A stretch of DNA of 64,000 nt from an uncultured bacterium (GTDB taxonomy: Bacteria; Patescibacteriota; Minisyncoccia; UBA6257; 2-01-FULL-56-20): the NCBI GenBank assembly GCA_963844965.1, contig CAWJQC010000004.1, positions 152,489 through 216,488 of the forward strand. The letters run 5' to 3'. Numbering within the stretch: the stretch's first letter is position 1; each line of letters begins with the position of its first letter. The translations under genes were made by a program, and so were the position numbers. Shown piece after piece: positions 1 to 10,004 of this stretch. The notes under the pieces are model-generated. The model saw only the letters and a list, made by a program, of their open reading frames with translations. It made no database searches and was not told where the DNA came from.

Positions 1-1183
1 CACCACTGCCGCGATCGCCAATGTCGCCGTAGAGCTCACAGGCATGTCGCCTATCATCCAGCTTCCTGTTGAACTCACGTAGCTTCCTTCGGAATTGGAA
101 GAAGTGGCATTCAGGAAAGTGAGACCGGAAGGCAGAGTGTCGGTAGCTACTACGCCGGTTGACGTAGAAGGGCCGAGCGCCGTCACGGTAAGCGTATAGT
201 GAACGGTGCCGCCTTCAACGGTTGAAGTCACGTCGGCCACTTTAGCGATGGAGATGTCGGCGGAAGGAATGGTTGAGGTGGGAGTGGAGGTTGAAATCGC
301 GCCGAGGAACCGATTGAGAACGATAAGCTGCCGCGTGGGCCGCGATGCCTCAAGATAGATGTCTCCGTCGGCGTTCGTATTCCTTAGACCATCGTTCGTC
401 GGATCGTTGTCAAACAATTGCCCGCTGTAGGAGAAAAAATCGGATGTCGCATTTGCGGTAACTGTGTCCTGGTCGTTGTAAAGCGGCATTGCCCAGTTGT
501 AGCTCGAGCTCGCAATCCGCTCCTCGCCATAGTAATAATGGCCAAGCGCGAGATTGTTGTAAGTCACGCACTGGGCGTTCGCCGCGGACGCGCCGAAAAG
601 CTCTGCGTTCGCGGAAAGTGGGGTCGTGAAAACCGCGGTAGGCAGTAATCCTGCCGCAGCGGCCGTTGTTGAGGGCACGGAAACGAAGCCGGGAACCGTA
701 AAGGTCTGCCCCGGAAACGCCGTGCCGTCCACGACCGTGCCGCTCGCATTCACAATCGCCTTGCAGACGCTTATAGACCCCGTCGTTGGCGCGGGAGGAA
801 CGAAGGTATCGGTGATGACGCAGGTCTTCGCGTCTTTTCTTTCCATCGTTCCCGAACAGTCAGCGGAAAAACCAGCAGTGTAATCCGAACTTGAAGCCTG
901 ACTAACGTGGTACGTTCCGGTTCCCATTGAGACCAAGGTTCCGGAAGCGGAACCCTGGAACGTTGACGGAGAAGGATTGTCGCCGGAAACCATCACTGTA
1001 AAATCGGAGGCGGATTTGGTGCCGCCACCGGTGTTCACGACGTTCACGACAACTGTAAGCTTGGCGCAAGAATCAGAATCCTCGCCGCAACTGCATGCAT
1101 ATGTTTTTGTCGCCGCGAGGATCGCCGACCAGAGAAGAATTCCAGTAATAATCAGACCTGTAATCGCAATCTTTCTTTTCATG
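1..1183 (-). CDS. Partial secreted/surface protein with a DUF11-like conserved-repeat C-terminal region. The ORF runs off the window edge.
   Basis: Hand translation of the minus strand from the ATG at 1183 gives MKRKIAITGLIITGILLWSAILAA (signal/TM), then a Thr/Ser-rich β-rich protein with no stop codon down to position 1. It is absent from the supplied track because it has no stop. The distal part (TLTVTALGPSTSTGVVATDTLPSGLTFLNATSS..GSWMIGDM) resembles the DUF11 repeat. Confidence 0.6.
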
Positions 1184-1269
1184 GATATTCATTTTTATTA
1201 TTTATTTTTCGACCTTTGAATTTATATTCAGTTCTCAAAGGACGAAAAATATTTTCAAGGAACAAAGCA

Positions 1270-1298
1270 CTCTTTTAAACCAAGAGTGCTTTAGAGCA
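1270..1298 (-). terminator. Perfect 11-bp stem hairpin (aaagcactctt/aagagtgcttt) between the histidine kinase stop and the DUF11 gene start. Possible terminator, but it lacks a clear T-run.
   Basis: Inverted repeat read directly from the sequence. Confidence 0.25.
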
Positions 1299-1496
1299 TC
1301 CCATTGCTTAACCAAAATAAGTTACGAAGCGGCCGTGAAACATAGACCGCTCTGACCTATTATGGTTCAAGAATACTCCGTTTTTCTACCATAGGACACG
1401 TGAAAAAGCAAAACCGTGTGTCAATACCCGCAACCCGCCGTGGCAATTGCCGCCGCGCGGAAATTTTCTATCAGTAAAAATTGGAGCGAAAATATA

Positions 1497-3317
1497 CTAA
1501 CCAGCGGAGTTGTCCGTTGACTTCTTGTTTTCAGGCGGCGCGACTTGCAGCGAAAAAGTGAAGGTTGAACCCTTGCCTTCCCCGGCGGATTCCGCCCAGA
1601 TCGTCCCTCCCATTTTCTCCACCGTTTCCCTCACGATGAAAAGACCGAGGCCCGTCCCCGTGATGCCCTTGGTTTGGTCCGTTTGCACGCGGTAAAACTT
1701 CTGGAAAAGTTTCGTCTGCGCTTCCTTGGAAATGCCGAATCCCGTATCTTTCACGCGCGTTATTAAATTATCGCCGTAGATCTCATGAGTGATGATGACC
1801 CTTCCGCCGGGATCGCTGTACTTTATAGAGTTACCCACTAAATTAACAATAATTTCCTTCAACCGCTCGGAGTCGGCCATAACTTTCGGAATGTTTTCCG
1901 GTATTTCGTAAAGCATCTCCGTCTTATTTTGATCGGCCAATGATTTCAGCTCGCCTAACGCCGAATCAATCGCCTCGGTTATGTCCACCGGCGAGACCTT
2001 GATCATGAGCCGTCCCGCTTCCGAACGGGAAACATCAAGAAGGTCGTTCACAAGCTGGATCAGGCGCTGGTTGGAATTGATAACCTTATTCACGAATTCC
2101 TTCGTCTTATCCGTGATGGGCCCCGTAAGGCCGTCGCGTATGAGGGTAAGATATCCCTTCATCGCCGCAACCGGCGTCCGAAGTTCGTGGGCGGCGATGA
2201 AGACGAATTCGTCTTTCAATTGCTGCAGTTGTTTCAGCCCGGCAATCATTTTATTGAACGCTTGTCCCAGTTCCTCAAGCTCGTCTCCGCTTTTGATATC
2301 AACACTCTCATCAAACTTCCCCTCCGCGACAAGTCTCGTTCCTTCCTCCAGTTTGCGCACGGGGCGGACAATAACCACGGCCAGCGCTATGCTCGCGATA
2401 ATGACCGCAAAAAGCACGAAGGCCGAAACGGCGACATCCTTATACATGAGGTCGTTGACGCTCGCGTCCGCTTCCTTAGCCGGCCACTCGGCTATCAGTC
2501 CCAGCTTAAAATCGGGCAGATACTTGCCGGCGGCAACGACCTCTTCGCCAAAATAATTTTTGTAGCGACGCTGACCGTCGGCGCCGAGAAAATCCATCCC
2601 ATTCACGGTTTCGGAAACAATTCCTATATTGCCCACAAAAGTGTACAAAGGAACCCTAAGACCTCCGCCGACAAGAACGCCCTTGCCATCAACGAGGTAC
2701 AAATAACCGCTATTGCCCAAGGAAACATTTTTAAGGATCGCCTGAATACCGGCCAAACTTATCTCACCGCGCGTCACGGAAATAATCTTCTTCTCGCTGT
2801 TCAAAACCGGGAAGGCAACGGTCATCATCGGGACGTTCGCGGTAAAGTAAAGAGGGCTTACGTAGTCGTCGCCCTTGATCGCCGCGAGGAACGCCTCGCT
2901 TTGGCTTTCGTCCTTTAGATCGGAGCCGGCAATGCCGCTGGGATTTTTCCTGTTTATCACGAAAGCTTCGGTTCCGGAAGTGTTCAGCCAGGCGAATTCC
3001 TGCAATTCCTGGTGAGAATTCATAGCGGCAATGGCGCCGATCTTCACTCCGTCCATGTCAACGCTCTCCAGCGTGACCGGGAATGGAACGTATGTTTTTA
3101 TCCCGCCCTCCGCGCCGGCTATGAAATCTTCTATTTCGTTGTACTTCTGTTCAATCAGCGCGTTCTCCAGATTCGCCACGTCTATGCGGTGCGACAATGT
3201 GACGCTGTATATGGACAAAAATGCTGCGATCAAAATCGGCAGCAAACCGACAAGCATCATCAATAAAAATATCTTATTGCGCAATTTGCCTCGCGGATGT
3301 GAAACCTCCTCGGCCAT
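1497..3317 (-). CDS. Sensor histidine kinase with N-terminal TM, an extracytoplasmic sensor domain, HAMP, HisKA and HATPase_c
   Basis: 606-aa ORF with an H-box (FIAAHELRTPVAAMKGY) and N/G1/G2 ATP-lid motifs (NLVGNSIKYS, DTGFGIS, GTGLGL). Confidence 0.85.
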   Translation of the reverse strand: MAEEVSHPRGKLRNKIFLLMMLVGLLPILIAAFLSIYSVTLSHRIDVANLENALIEQKYNEIEDFIAGAEGGIKTYVPFPVTLESVDMDGVKIGAIAAMNSHQELQEFAWLNTSGTEAFVINRKNPSGIAGSDLKDESQSEAFLAAIKGDDYVSPLYFTANVPMMTVAFPVLNSEKKIISVTRGEISLAGIQAILKNVSLGNSGYLYLVDGKGVLVGGGLRVPLYTFVGNIGIVSETVNGMDFLGADGQRRYKNYFGEEVVAAGKYLPDFKLGLIAEWPAKEADASVNDLMYKDVAVSAFVLFAVIIASIALAVVIVRPVRKLEEGTRLVAEGKFDESVDIKSGDELEELGQAFNKMIAGLKQLQQLKDEFVFIAAHELRTPVAAMKGYLTLIRDGLTGPITDKTKEFVNKVINSNQRLIQLVNDLLDVSRSEAGRLMIKVSPVDITEAIDSALGELKSLADQNKTEMLYEIPENIPKVMADSERLKEIIVNLVGNSIKYSDPGGRVIITHEIYGDNLITRVKDTGFGISKEAQTKLFQKFYRVQTDQTKGITGTGLGLFIVRETVEKMGGTIWAESAGEGKGSTFTFSLQVAPPENKKSTDNSAG

Positions 3318-3416
3318 AGATAAATTATAGCAGATAATGAATGGTTCCGGGCCCCGCGTGGCGGCATTTGAGCATAAGCCGGCGACGGGTTAAAATGATT
3401 GATATAAGAAAGAGAG

Positions 3417-4130
3417 ATGCAAAAAATCCTGACGGTTAAAGATCTCAGCGTGAGCTTCGGCGAACAGAACGTGCTCGCCAATTTAAATTTTGACCTGGAC
3501 AAAGGCGAAAATCTGGCGGTCATCGGACCGAACGGCGCGGGAAAAACCGTGCTCCTGCGGGCGCTTTTGAACATGATCCCGTACAACGGCGAAATCTCCT
3601 GGGAGACGGGAATACGCCTAGGCTACGTGCCGCAAAAGATAGAGGCCGACCGACACCTACCCATCAATCTGAAAAATCTTCTCGCGGCTAAAGCAAGTGT
3701 TCTTGGCCTGCCGAAATCGGATATAAAAACGGTGGTTGAAGCGACGAAGCTGACCGAAAAAATAATGACGACGCCCATCGGCCACCTCTCCGGCGGACAA
3801 TTTCAGCTGGCGCTCATCGCCTTCGCGCTTCTCGGCCGCCCCGACGTGATACTTCTTGACGAGCCGACCGCGAGCATTGACCAGCTCGGCGAAGAACAGG
3901 TGTACGAACTGATACACGAGCTTCAGGACAAATACGGCATCACCGTCATGCTCGTCACGCACGATCTGCATTTCGTGAACCATTACGCAACGAAAGTTTT
4001 GTGCATCAACAAAGCCGGCCTTTGTTACGGCACTCCCGAAGAAGCATTGACGCCGGAAATTTTGCACAAGCTCTACGGCGAACAGCACAAATACTACCAC
4101 CACATGCATCACCACGAACACGGCCAGTAA
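3417..4130 (+). CDS. Metal (Zn/Mn-type) ABC transporter ATP-binding protein with a His-rich C-terminal tail
   Basis: Walker A GPNGAGKT, ABC signature LSGGQ, Walker B ILLDEPT. C-terminus HHMHHHEHGQ. Confidence 0.8.
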   Translation: MQKILTVKDLSVSFGEQNVLANLNFDLDKGENLAVIGPNGAGKTVLLRALLNMIPYNGEISWETGIRLGYVPQKIEADRHLPINLKNLLAAKASVLGLPKSDIKTVVEATKLTEKIMTTPIGHLSGGQFQLALIAFALLGRPDVILLDEPTASIDQLGEEQVYELIHELQDKYGITVMLVTHDLHFVNHYATKVLCINKAGLCYGTPEEALTPEILHKLYGEQHKYYHHMHHHEHGQ

Positions 4131-4157
4131 TTTCCAACAATATTCAAGTTTCAAAAC

Positions 4158-4925
4158 ATGCTTAGCGAAACATATTCAATAATTTTGGCGATATGCGCGG
4201 CGGCGGCGGCCGGCCTCGTCGGCGCTTTCGCGTTGATGAAAAAAACCGTGCTTGCCGGGGACGTAATGTCGCACGTCGCGATTCCCGGTTTGGGACTCGC
4301 CATCATCTGGCACCTGAATCCCCTGCTCGGCGGCGGACTCACTCTTTTGGTTGGTGCGATTCTCATTTCGCAACTTGAAAGGAAAGCGGAACTGTCGTCG
4401 GAAGCGGCGATCGGCGTGATTTTCGCGAGTTCGGTCGCTCTGGGCGCGCTTCTCATCAACTCAAAGGAAGAACTGATAGACGCTCTCTTCGGTGGCTTCG
4501 GTAACTTATCCCTGAACGAATTTGTCTTCGGCGTCGCGGCAAGCGTTTTCATCGTCGTAGCACTTTGGCTTCTCCGCAACCGGCTCATCATCAGATTGTT
4601 CTCGGAGGACCTGGCAACCGCGACAAATATAAAATTGGGCGCTTTGAATCTCTGGTTTCTCCTTCTTTTCGCGCTTGCCATCCTTTTGGGACTTAGATTT
4701 CTCGGCGCCCTATTAGCCGGAGCTCTGATAATAGTCCCGGCCTCCGCCGCGAGGCAGCTCACGCACACCCTCGGCTGGTTTCTCACCTCCTCGGTAGCTC
4801 TTTCGGTGCTATCAATGGTGCTTGGCTACGCCATTTCTTCGGTCTATGGACCGGAGCTCGGCCCGACAGTCGTTGTCGTCGCCGCGGCGCTTTTCGTCTT
4901 GAGCTTACTGAAAAAAAAGGAGTAA
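4158..4925 (+). CDS. Metal ABC transporter permease (ZnuB/MntB-like)
   Basis: 255-aa polytopic membrane ORF immediately downstream of the ABC ATPase, with a typical ABC-3 family hydrophobic profile. Confidence 0.75.
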   Translation: MLSETYSIILAICAAAAAGLVGAFALMKKTVLAGDVMSHVAIPGLGLAIIWHLNPLLGGGLTLLVGAILISQLERKAELSSEAAIGVIFASSVALGALLINSKEELIDALFGGFGNLSLNEFVFGVAASVFIVVALWLLRNRLIIRLFSEDLATATNIKLGALNLWFLLLFALAILLGLRFLGALLAGALIIVPASAARQLTHTLGWFLTSSVALSVLSMVLGYAISSVYGPELGPTVVVVAAALFVLSLLKKKE

Positions 4926-4985
4926 AAAAACCAAAAAGAGCGGCTTACTTGCCGCTCCCAAAAGCTCGCCAGGCGCGGAAGCGTA

Positions 4986-5402
4986 TCAATTATGGGCGGA
5001 TTCGGAAAGATAACCGCACAGCGTCTCGTGGATCTCGCCCGCCATCCTCCGTAAAAGTTCCCGGCGCTTCCAGAAAGAATTGTTCTCGGAGACCTCTTTG
5101 TTCCGGATCAGGCCGAGCTCGCGGATAGCCACATAACGATCGTGCCCAAGATCGTCCGTGGTGCGGATATCTATATCTTCAATCCCCTGATAGACCTGCT
5201 TCATAATGAAATATTTGGGAGAGAGCTCGGATGCCCGGCTACCCCTTTTCGCGCCTTTGAAAAAGACCGCAAACGACGGCGTGGATTCTATATATTGGAC
5301 GAAATCGTGGAGTGAGACGAAAAAAGGAAAGCTCGCGGGAGTTTCACGGACAATTTTGAGTTTTTGATCAAGAACCAGCCTGACTTTTTCCGTTGTTGTC
5401 AT
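4986..5402 (-). CDS. Hypothetical protein
   Basis: 138-aa ORF with no motif I can name. Confidence 0.35.
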   Translation of the reverse strand: MTTTEKVRLVLDQKLKIVRETPASFPFFVSLHDFVQYIESTPSFAVFFKGAKRGSRASELSPKYFIMKQVYQGIEDIDIRTTDDLGHDRYVAIRELGLIRNKEVSENNSFWKRRELLRRMAGEIHETLCGYLSESAHN

Positions 5403-5703
5403 TTACCTTATTCTACCACGCCCGCGGTAAAATAGCCATATTCTGCGGGATGTCTTTGCCCGTTTCTTTGTTTTAACAAAGAAGTGCGGGCTTTGGAAAA
5501 TTAACGCGGGGGGCGGGTTAGTGAATAACGATAGAACCTGTTTTGTGCAAAAAATCCAGCATTTTCAGGTGCCGAGTTGTTCATGATCAAGAAATGTTGA
5601 AGAAAAAATGTTCCAGCGGCCGGAGGATGTAGAACTTCCTGCCTTGGTTACTAGGCAGGAGAGAACCAGTTTATACCAGTTTATATAAGTAAACACACTT
5701 GTA

Positions 5704-6489
5704 TTAAAGCTGATATTTTCGCTTAAACCTTTTTATCGCCTCTCTAGCGCCAGGCAAAGCTGTGGTGTTGTACAACTTACTTAGGTTGTCAAGAAAACTC
5801 GGACCAAATGATTCCTCAAATAATTTAACAACGTCCTGGTTTTCAAGCGTCTCCCCGTTCAATAAAGCCTGCACCAATGCCTCCCAACACACGCGCTCGC
5901 TCTGCTGATTCTTAGTTGCCAACCTCTTTACCATGGCATTGACTAAAGAAACTTCTAGGTTATAGGAAAATCCTTGATCGCTTGCGACTGCCGTTTTGTA
6001 TGCACTTACCCGATCCTCGGGCCATCTTGATCGCTCTGCGTAAGCCACGGTGATTTCCCTGGAGAGCTTTTCCACTACGCCCTCGTTAAGCGCATCGAAC
6101 AAGCAGCCGAAATTACTGTTGCGGTATATGCTGCTGACTCGGCCCGACCTTCGGAAGTTGATGCCTTCTTCGCCCAACTTTCGAAACAGGCCGGATTGTT
6201 TATAGTCTACGTATTCTTCGGTTCTTCGATCTGGGTGTTCGTAGGTATTCCACATACAGATATTTCGACTTACTGCATGCGTTTCCTCGTGTGCCAGCAC
6301 AGCAAGCTGTATTAACTCTGCCCCTCCGCATTTTTCAAGTTTCGCTTTTGCTGACTTCCGCCTTTTCGGATCCAAGTCAGAATAATCATCAACACGGCTA
6401 AGCACAATGACGTTGTTTTCCGGATTGTAGCTATGACCTGGACCCGCTATTTTAGACACAAAGGTCGAAACCAAGTACCATTGTGTCAT
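5704..6489 (-). CDS. HExxH-motif protein, putative zinc metallopeptidase-like
   Basis: ORF with LAHEETHAV. I take the start to be MTQWY at 6489, because the upstream ORF extension is antisense to recombinase sequence and matches the spurious antisense ORF at 18688-18978. Confidence 0.4.
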   Translation of the reverse strand: MTQWYLVSTFVSKIAGPGHSYNPENNVIVLSRVDDYSDLDPKRRKSAKAKLEKCGGAELIQLAVLAHEETHAVSRNICMWNTYEHPDRRTEEYVDYKQSGLFRKLGEEGINFRRSGRVSSIYRNSNFGCLFDALNEGVVEKLSREITVAYAERSRWPEDRVSAYKTAVASDQGFSYNLEVSLVNAMVKRLATKNQQSERVCWEALVQALLNGETLENQDVVKLFEESFGPSFLDNLSKLYNTTALPGAREAIKRFKRKYQL

Positions 6490-7836
6490 GACTAACAAAA
6501 AGGGGCATCGTATCCCCATGCTCCGCCGCATTGAGCGGGGCGAGGCGCAGGGTATCATCTGTTGGAAACTAGATCGAGTGGCACGCAATATGCAGGACGG
6601 CGGAAAGACCATTGAACTCCTTAAACAAGGAGTGATCCAACATATTCGTGCCTTCGCAAGCAGTTACTATCCGCAAGACAACGTGCTCCTCATGTGCATA
6701 GAGTTCGGCATAGCTGACCAATATGTTCGCGATTTAAGTGCTAACACTTCGCGCGGATTGAGATACAAAGCAAGCTTGGGTATCTACCCCGGCCTCGCCC
6801 CGTTCGGATATATAAACGATCCACAGACCAAGACCGTTATCGTAAACCGCAAGAACGCAAAGCTCGTCAAAAAAACTTTTGAGATTTACGCGACGGGCAA
6901 AGTCCGCCTTGAAAATCTTGCCGATCTTTGGGAGAAGGCGGGCGTCATGTCTAAAGGCAACCGTCGCGTCCATATTTCAAGAATGTCTTTCATTCTGCAA
7001 AATCCTTTCTACTACGGACACTTTCGTTATTGCGGCGAGATACACGAAGGCAAGCATGAGCCAATCATTACGAAAGACCTCTACGATAAAGCGAACGCTG
7101 TCCTGCGAAGCCGAGGCCGTGTGCCGGACATTAAGAACGACCCAAGCCCTTACTGCGGCCTCCTGCGGTGCGGCGAGTGCGGTATGGGTATTACGGCCGA
7201 GGACAAGACAAAGCACCAAAAGAACGGCAACGTCCACCACTACGTTTATTACCGTTGTACCCGCAAATCGAAGACGCACAAGTGCCACGAAGCACCCGTG
7301 CGGAGCGAGATACTGGATCGGCAGTTGTCGGCTCTTATCGCCGACTACGCCATGCCCAAAGAGTGGGTAGCCCCTTTGTCGGCTATGCTCGACCAAGAGG
7401 CCATAAACGCCAAACAGACGGCGTCGGTGGCCGTTCAAGAGTTGCGGGAGCAGGTGCAAGACCTTACCCGCGACCTCGCCAGACTTACCGATGTCTATGT
7501 TGCACAAGACATAGAGCGAGATGACTACCTTGAGAGGCGTCGTTCGCTCATGTCGGAAAAGAAGTCCGTCGAGGAGCAAATAGCCCGTCTTGAACGAACC
7601 CCCTCCGCGTGGATTGAACCTGCCCGAAGTTGGATTCGGGACGCTTCAATACTGGACGAAACAGCAAAAAACTTCGACCTCCCCTCCAAAAAACTCTCCC
7701 TCCAAAAAATCTTCGGATTGAACCTCTTTCTTAAAAACCGTCGTATCGAATTTAACCCCATCAAACCTTACGCTTCGCTCCGCGAAGCGCGCGTAAATTT
7801 TTCTGAAACTGACTTACCTTTGAAACTGGAGCGGGT
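6488..7836 (+). pseudogene. Large serine recombinase, 5'-truncated. It lacks the catalytic N-terminal ~65 aa including the YxRxST serine.
   Basis: It aligns with the intact paralog at 18647-20251 from MLRRIERGEAQGIICWKLDRVARN (=MLALIEKGEAQGILCWKLDRLARN) onward. It retains the recombinase domain, the zinc ribbon (CGxCG…YYRC) and the coiled coil. An upstream in-frame stop lies at 6434-6436. Confidence 0.75.
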
Positions 7837-7905
7837 AACGGGAATCGAACCCGTGTGTCAACCTTGGCTCCGTCACCATAAGAAGGACTGCTTGCTTTTT
7901 CCGTG
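7837..7905 (-). other. tRNA 3'-half-like remnant (T-arm, acceptor 3' strand and CCA). Probable att-site remnant or pseudo-tRNA.
   Basis: The minus-strand sense reads …ACGGGTTCGATTCCCGTTACCCGCTCCA. No complementary 5' acceptor strand (GCGGGTA) was found. It is similar to the 3' half of tRNA-Gly at 20163-20236. Confidence 0.45.
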
Positions 7906-7909
7906 AGTG

Positions 7910-8248
7910 TATTTACAACACCGCTTGGACTTATTTTAACAAAAAACTCTGACTTTGGCGAGGCCGGAAGGGGTCGTTGAGGGGGTCGTTCCAGAACGAC
8001 TACCTTTTGAATTGAAAATACTCGGCGAGCACTGGCTTCTCTGCCTCTCGCGGAGTTTTTTCTTACCCCCGACAATACCTCCTTTGAGGAGGTTGAAGGT
8101 TGCCCCTTCGCCCCTCGCCTGCTGGCTCGGGGCTCGGGGCTTATATTGTTGTGGGCTGGATGCGCTAATTTTCCTCGGCTCCGCTCTCCTTGGCCGAGTT
8201 GAAAAACACGAACCGCAGTTGATGCGCGCGGGTGGGAGAGAAACTTTG
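7910..8248. repeat. Left copy of an ~340-bp imperfect inverted repeat (partner at 13150-13505)
   Basis: Hand alignment with the reverse complement of 13150-13505 gives roughly 80-90% identity. Example: gtgtatttacaacaccgcttggacttattttaac…ggtcgttgagggggtcgttccagaacgactacc…cctcggctccgctctccttggccgagttgaaaaa. Confidence 0.8.
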
Positions 8249-8312
8249 AGCCAAGGAGGAGCGGAGGCCTCGGAAAATCGGCCTCTTACTGATATAATGA
8301 ATATATAATGCT

Positions 8313-9185
8313 ATGCCGAAACATACCAGCAAAAAATTTGTCAGAAGCCCAGACAATGGCGGCCGATTGCGCATCCAGCCCAGCGACGTCGCGCTCCTCC
8401 GCGATTTGTCGGAATATCGTTTCCTGAACACCGAGCAGGTTTTGGCCCTGCACCACCGAGGTTTGCGCAACCTCCAACGCCGCTTGCACGATTTGTACCA
8501 CGCGGGGTATCTTGAACGCCCTCCCCAGCAGAACATCTCCGCTCTGCCGAAAGGTCATATCGTTTACGGCTTGGGGGCGAAGGGTGCGGAGCTTCTTTAT
8601 GAAAATCGGGAGGAGCGCGCCGAAAAACTCCGGCAAGTGAAGCTGAACCGCGAGACAACGTTTCCCTACATCGCCCACGCTTTGATGATTTCCCAGTTCC
8701 GCGCGGCCTTGACACTGGCGGCGGAAAAAACCGGAGGGAAGATGAAAGTTGCGAGATGGCGACAGGGCTTTGAATTGAAAAACTATTTGAAGCTCCGCGG
8801 CGGAACTCCCGAACTCATGCCGGACGCGTTTTTCGCGATTGAACAGGGCGACAGACGCTGGAACTTGTTTTTGGAAACCGACCGCTCCACGATGACACTT
8901 GACCGGTTTTTGGTAAAGCTCAAAACATACTGGAAATGGTGGTGGGAGGAAAAATACAAAGAACAGCTCGGCATCTCGCACTTCCGCGTGCTTACCATAA
9001 CCATTTCCGAAGAACGGAAGGAGAACCTTCTCCGCGTCGCCAAAAACGCCGACCCGAGAAGGCAAGGGAGCAACATGTTTTTGTTTATTTCCGAAAAAGA
9101 GTTTTCGCTGAAGAAGCCGGAGGCGGTGTTGTCTCCGGTGTGGCTTTCGCCGAGAGACGGATTGAAACATTCGTTTCTTGAATAA
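8313..9185 (+). CDS. Replication-relaxation (Replic_Relax) family protein
   Basis: N-terminal VALLRDLSEYRFLNTEQVLALHH pattern and ~290 aa, typical of PF13814 proteins from plasmids and integrative elements. Confidence 0.55.
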   Translation: MPKHTSKKFVRSPDNGGRLRIQPSDVALLRDLSEYRFLNTEQVLALHHRGLRNLQRRLHDLYHAGYLERPPQQNISALPKGHIVYGLGAKGAELLYENREERAEKLRQVKLNRETTFPYIAHALMISQFRAALTLAAEKTGGKMKVARWRQGFELKNYLKLRGGTPELMPDAFFAIEQGDRRWNLFLETDRSTMTLDRFLVKLKTYWKWWWEEKYKEQLGISHFRVLTITISEERKENLLRVAKNADPRRQGSNMFLFISEKEFSLKKPEAVLSPVWLSPRDGLKHSFLE

Positions 9186-9245
9186 ATTAGCGGCGGCCAC
9201 GAGGTCGAAGCGGCCGCCAGTTTTTTAAAAAGTTCCCTATACTTT

Positions 9246-10004
9246 ATGCCGCATACGCCGACGACAACGACAATAATCGTGGGCGCGCTCATGGTCATCG
9301 CCACCGCGCTTTTTTGCGTCGCGGCTTATTTTGTCATCAAATACGCGCTCCGCTTCGTCGGAAAAATGTTCAGCTTCGTAAACGAGGTGGCAAACATCGT
9401 CAGGGAAAGGAAAGACCGGTATCTTGTTGGGCCGGTTTGGGGATGGGACATACAAGACCGGATAGAAGAATGGGACAAGCCGGACGAGGAGTGGTCGGTT
9501 ATGGTCGAAGGAGCGGCGGGATACGGCGAAGAATTTTTGGAGCGCGTCGCTCGCCGCGCGCTTGACGAAAACATTCCCCGGCTTGTGGTGAGAAAGCGGA
9601 TTGTCTGGCCGTATCTGCGCCGAAAATGGCAACCGGTTCTTGTGATAACCAACAAGAAAATAAAGGGCTATCAAATGCTGATTGACGCGACAGACTACAC
9701 CGACCGCCTTGATGTTTGGTGGCGAGTTGATAAAGGCGACCGCGACCAACTGCCCTTGAGAGGGGCGGAAATACGGGAAAAGAGATTCGGGCTCGATTCG
9801 TCGGGCGTTCTTGAAGCCCAAGCCCAACAAGAGAAAAACTGGGTATTTCCCGAACAGATGACCGCTCTCGACAAGCAGGAGTGGGACAACTGCACTGGTT
9901 TGGTGCGCGATATTGTCAGAGCCGAGGTAAAACGGATGGCGGACGAAGTTCGTATCGGCGGCGGCGTGGCTGGCGGCGCGAAGGGATTTATTGACATCAA
10001 CTAA
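9246..10004 (+). CDS. Membrane-anchored hypothetical protein
   Basis: 252-aa ORF with a single N-terminal TM (IIVGALMVIATALFCVAAYFVI). Confidence 0.45.
   Translation: MPHTPTTTTIIVGALMVIATALFCVAAYFVIKYALRFVGKMFSFVNEVANIVRERKDRYLVGPVWGWDIQDRIEEWDKPDEEWSVMVEGAAGYGEEFLERVARRALDENIPRLVVRKRIVWPYLRRKWQPVLVITNKKIKGYQMLIDATDYTDRLDVWWRVDKGDRDQLPLRGAEIREKRFGLDSSGVLEAQAQQEKNWVFPEQMTALDKQEWDNCTGLVRDIVRAEVKRMADEVRIGGGVAGGAKGFIDIN

Noticed and set aside
2187-2918. 243-aa plus-strand ORF
   Set aside because: It lies inside and antisense to the histidine kinase gene, with no motifs.
7955-8308. ORFs of 104-117 aa inside the inverted repeats (also 13033-13380)
   Set aside because: The two repeat copies do not preserve a common reading frame, and only short peptides such as FLGSALLGRVEK are shared. 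I treat them as non-coding.
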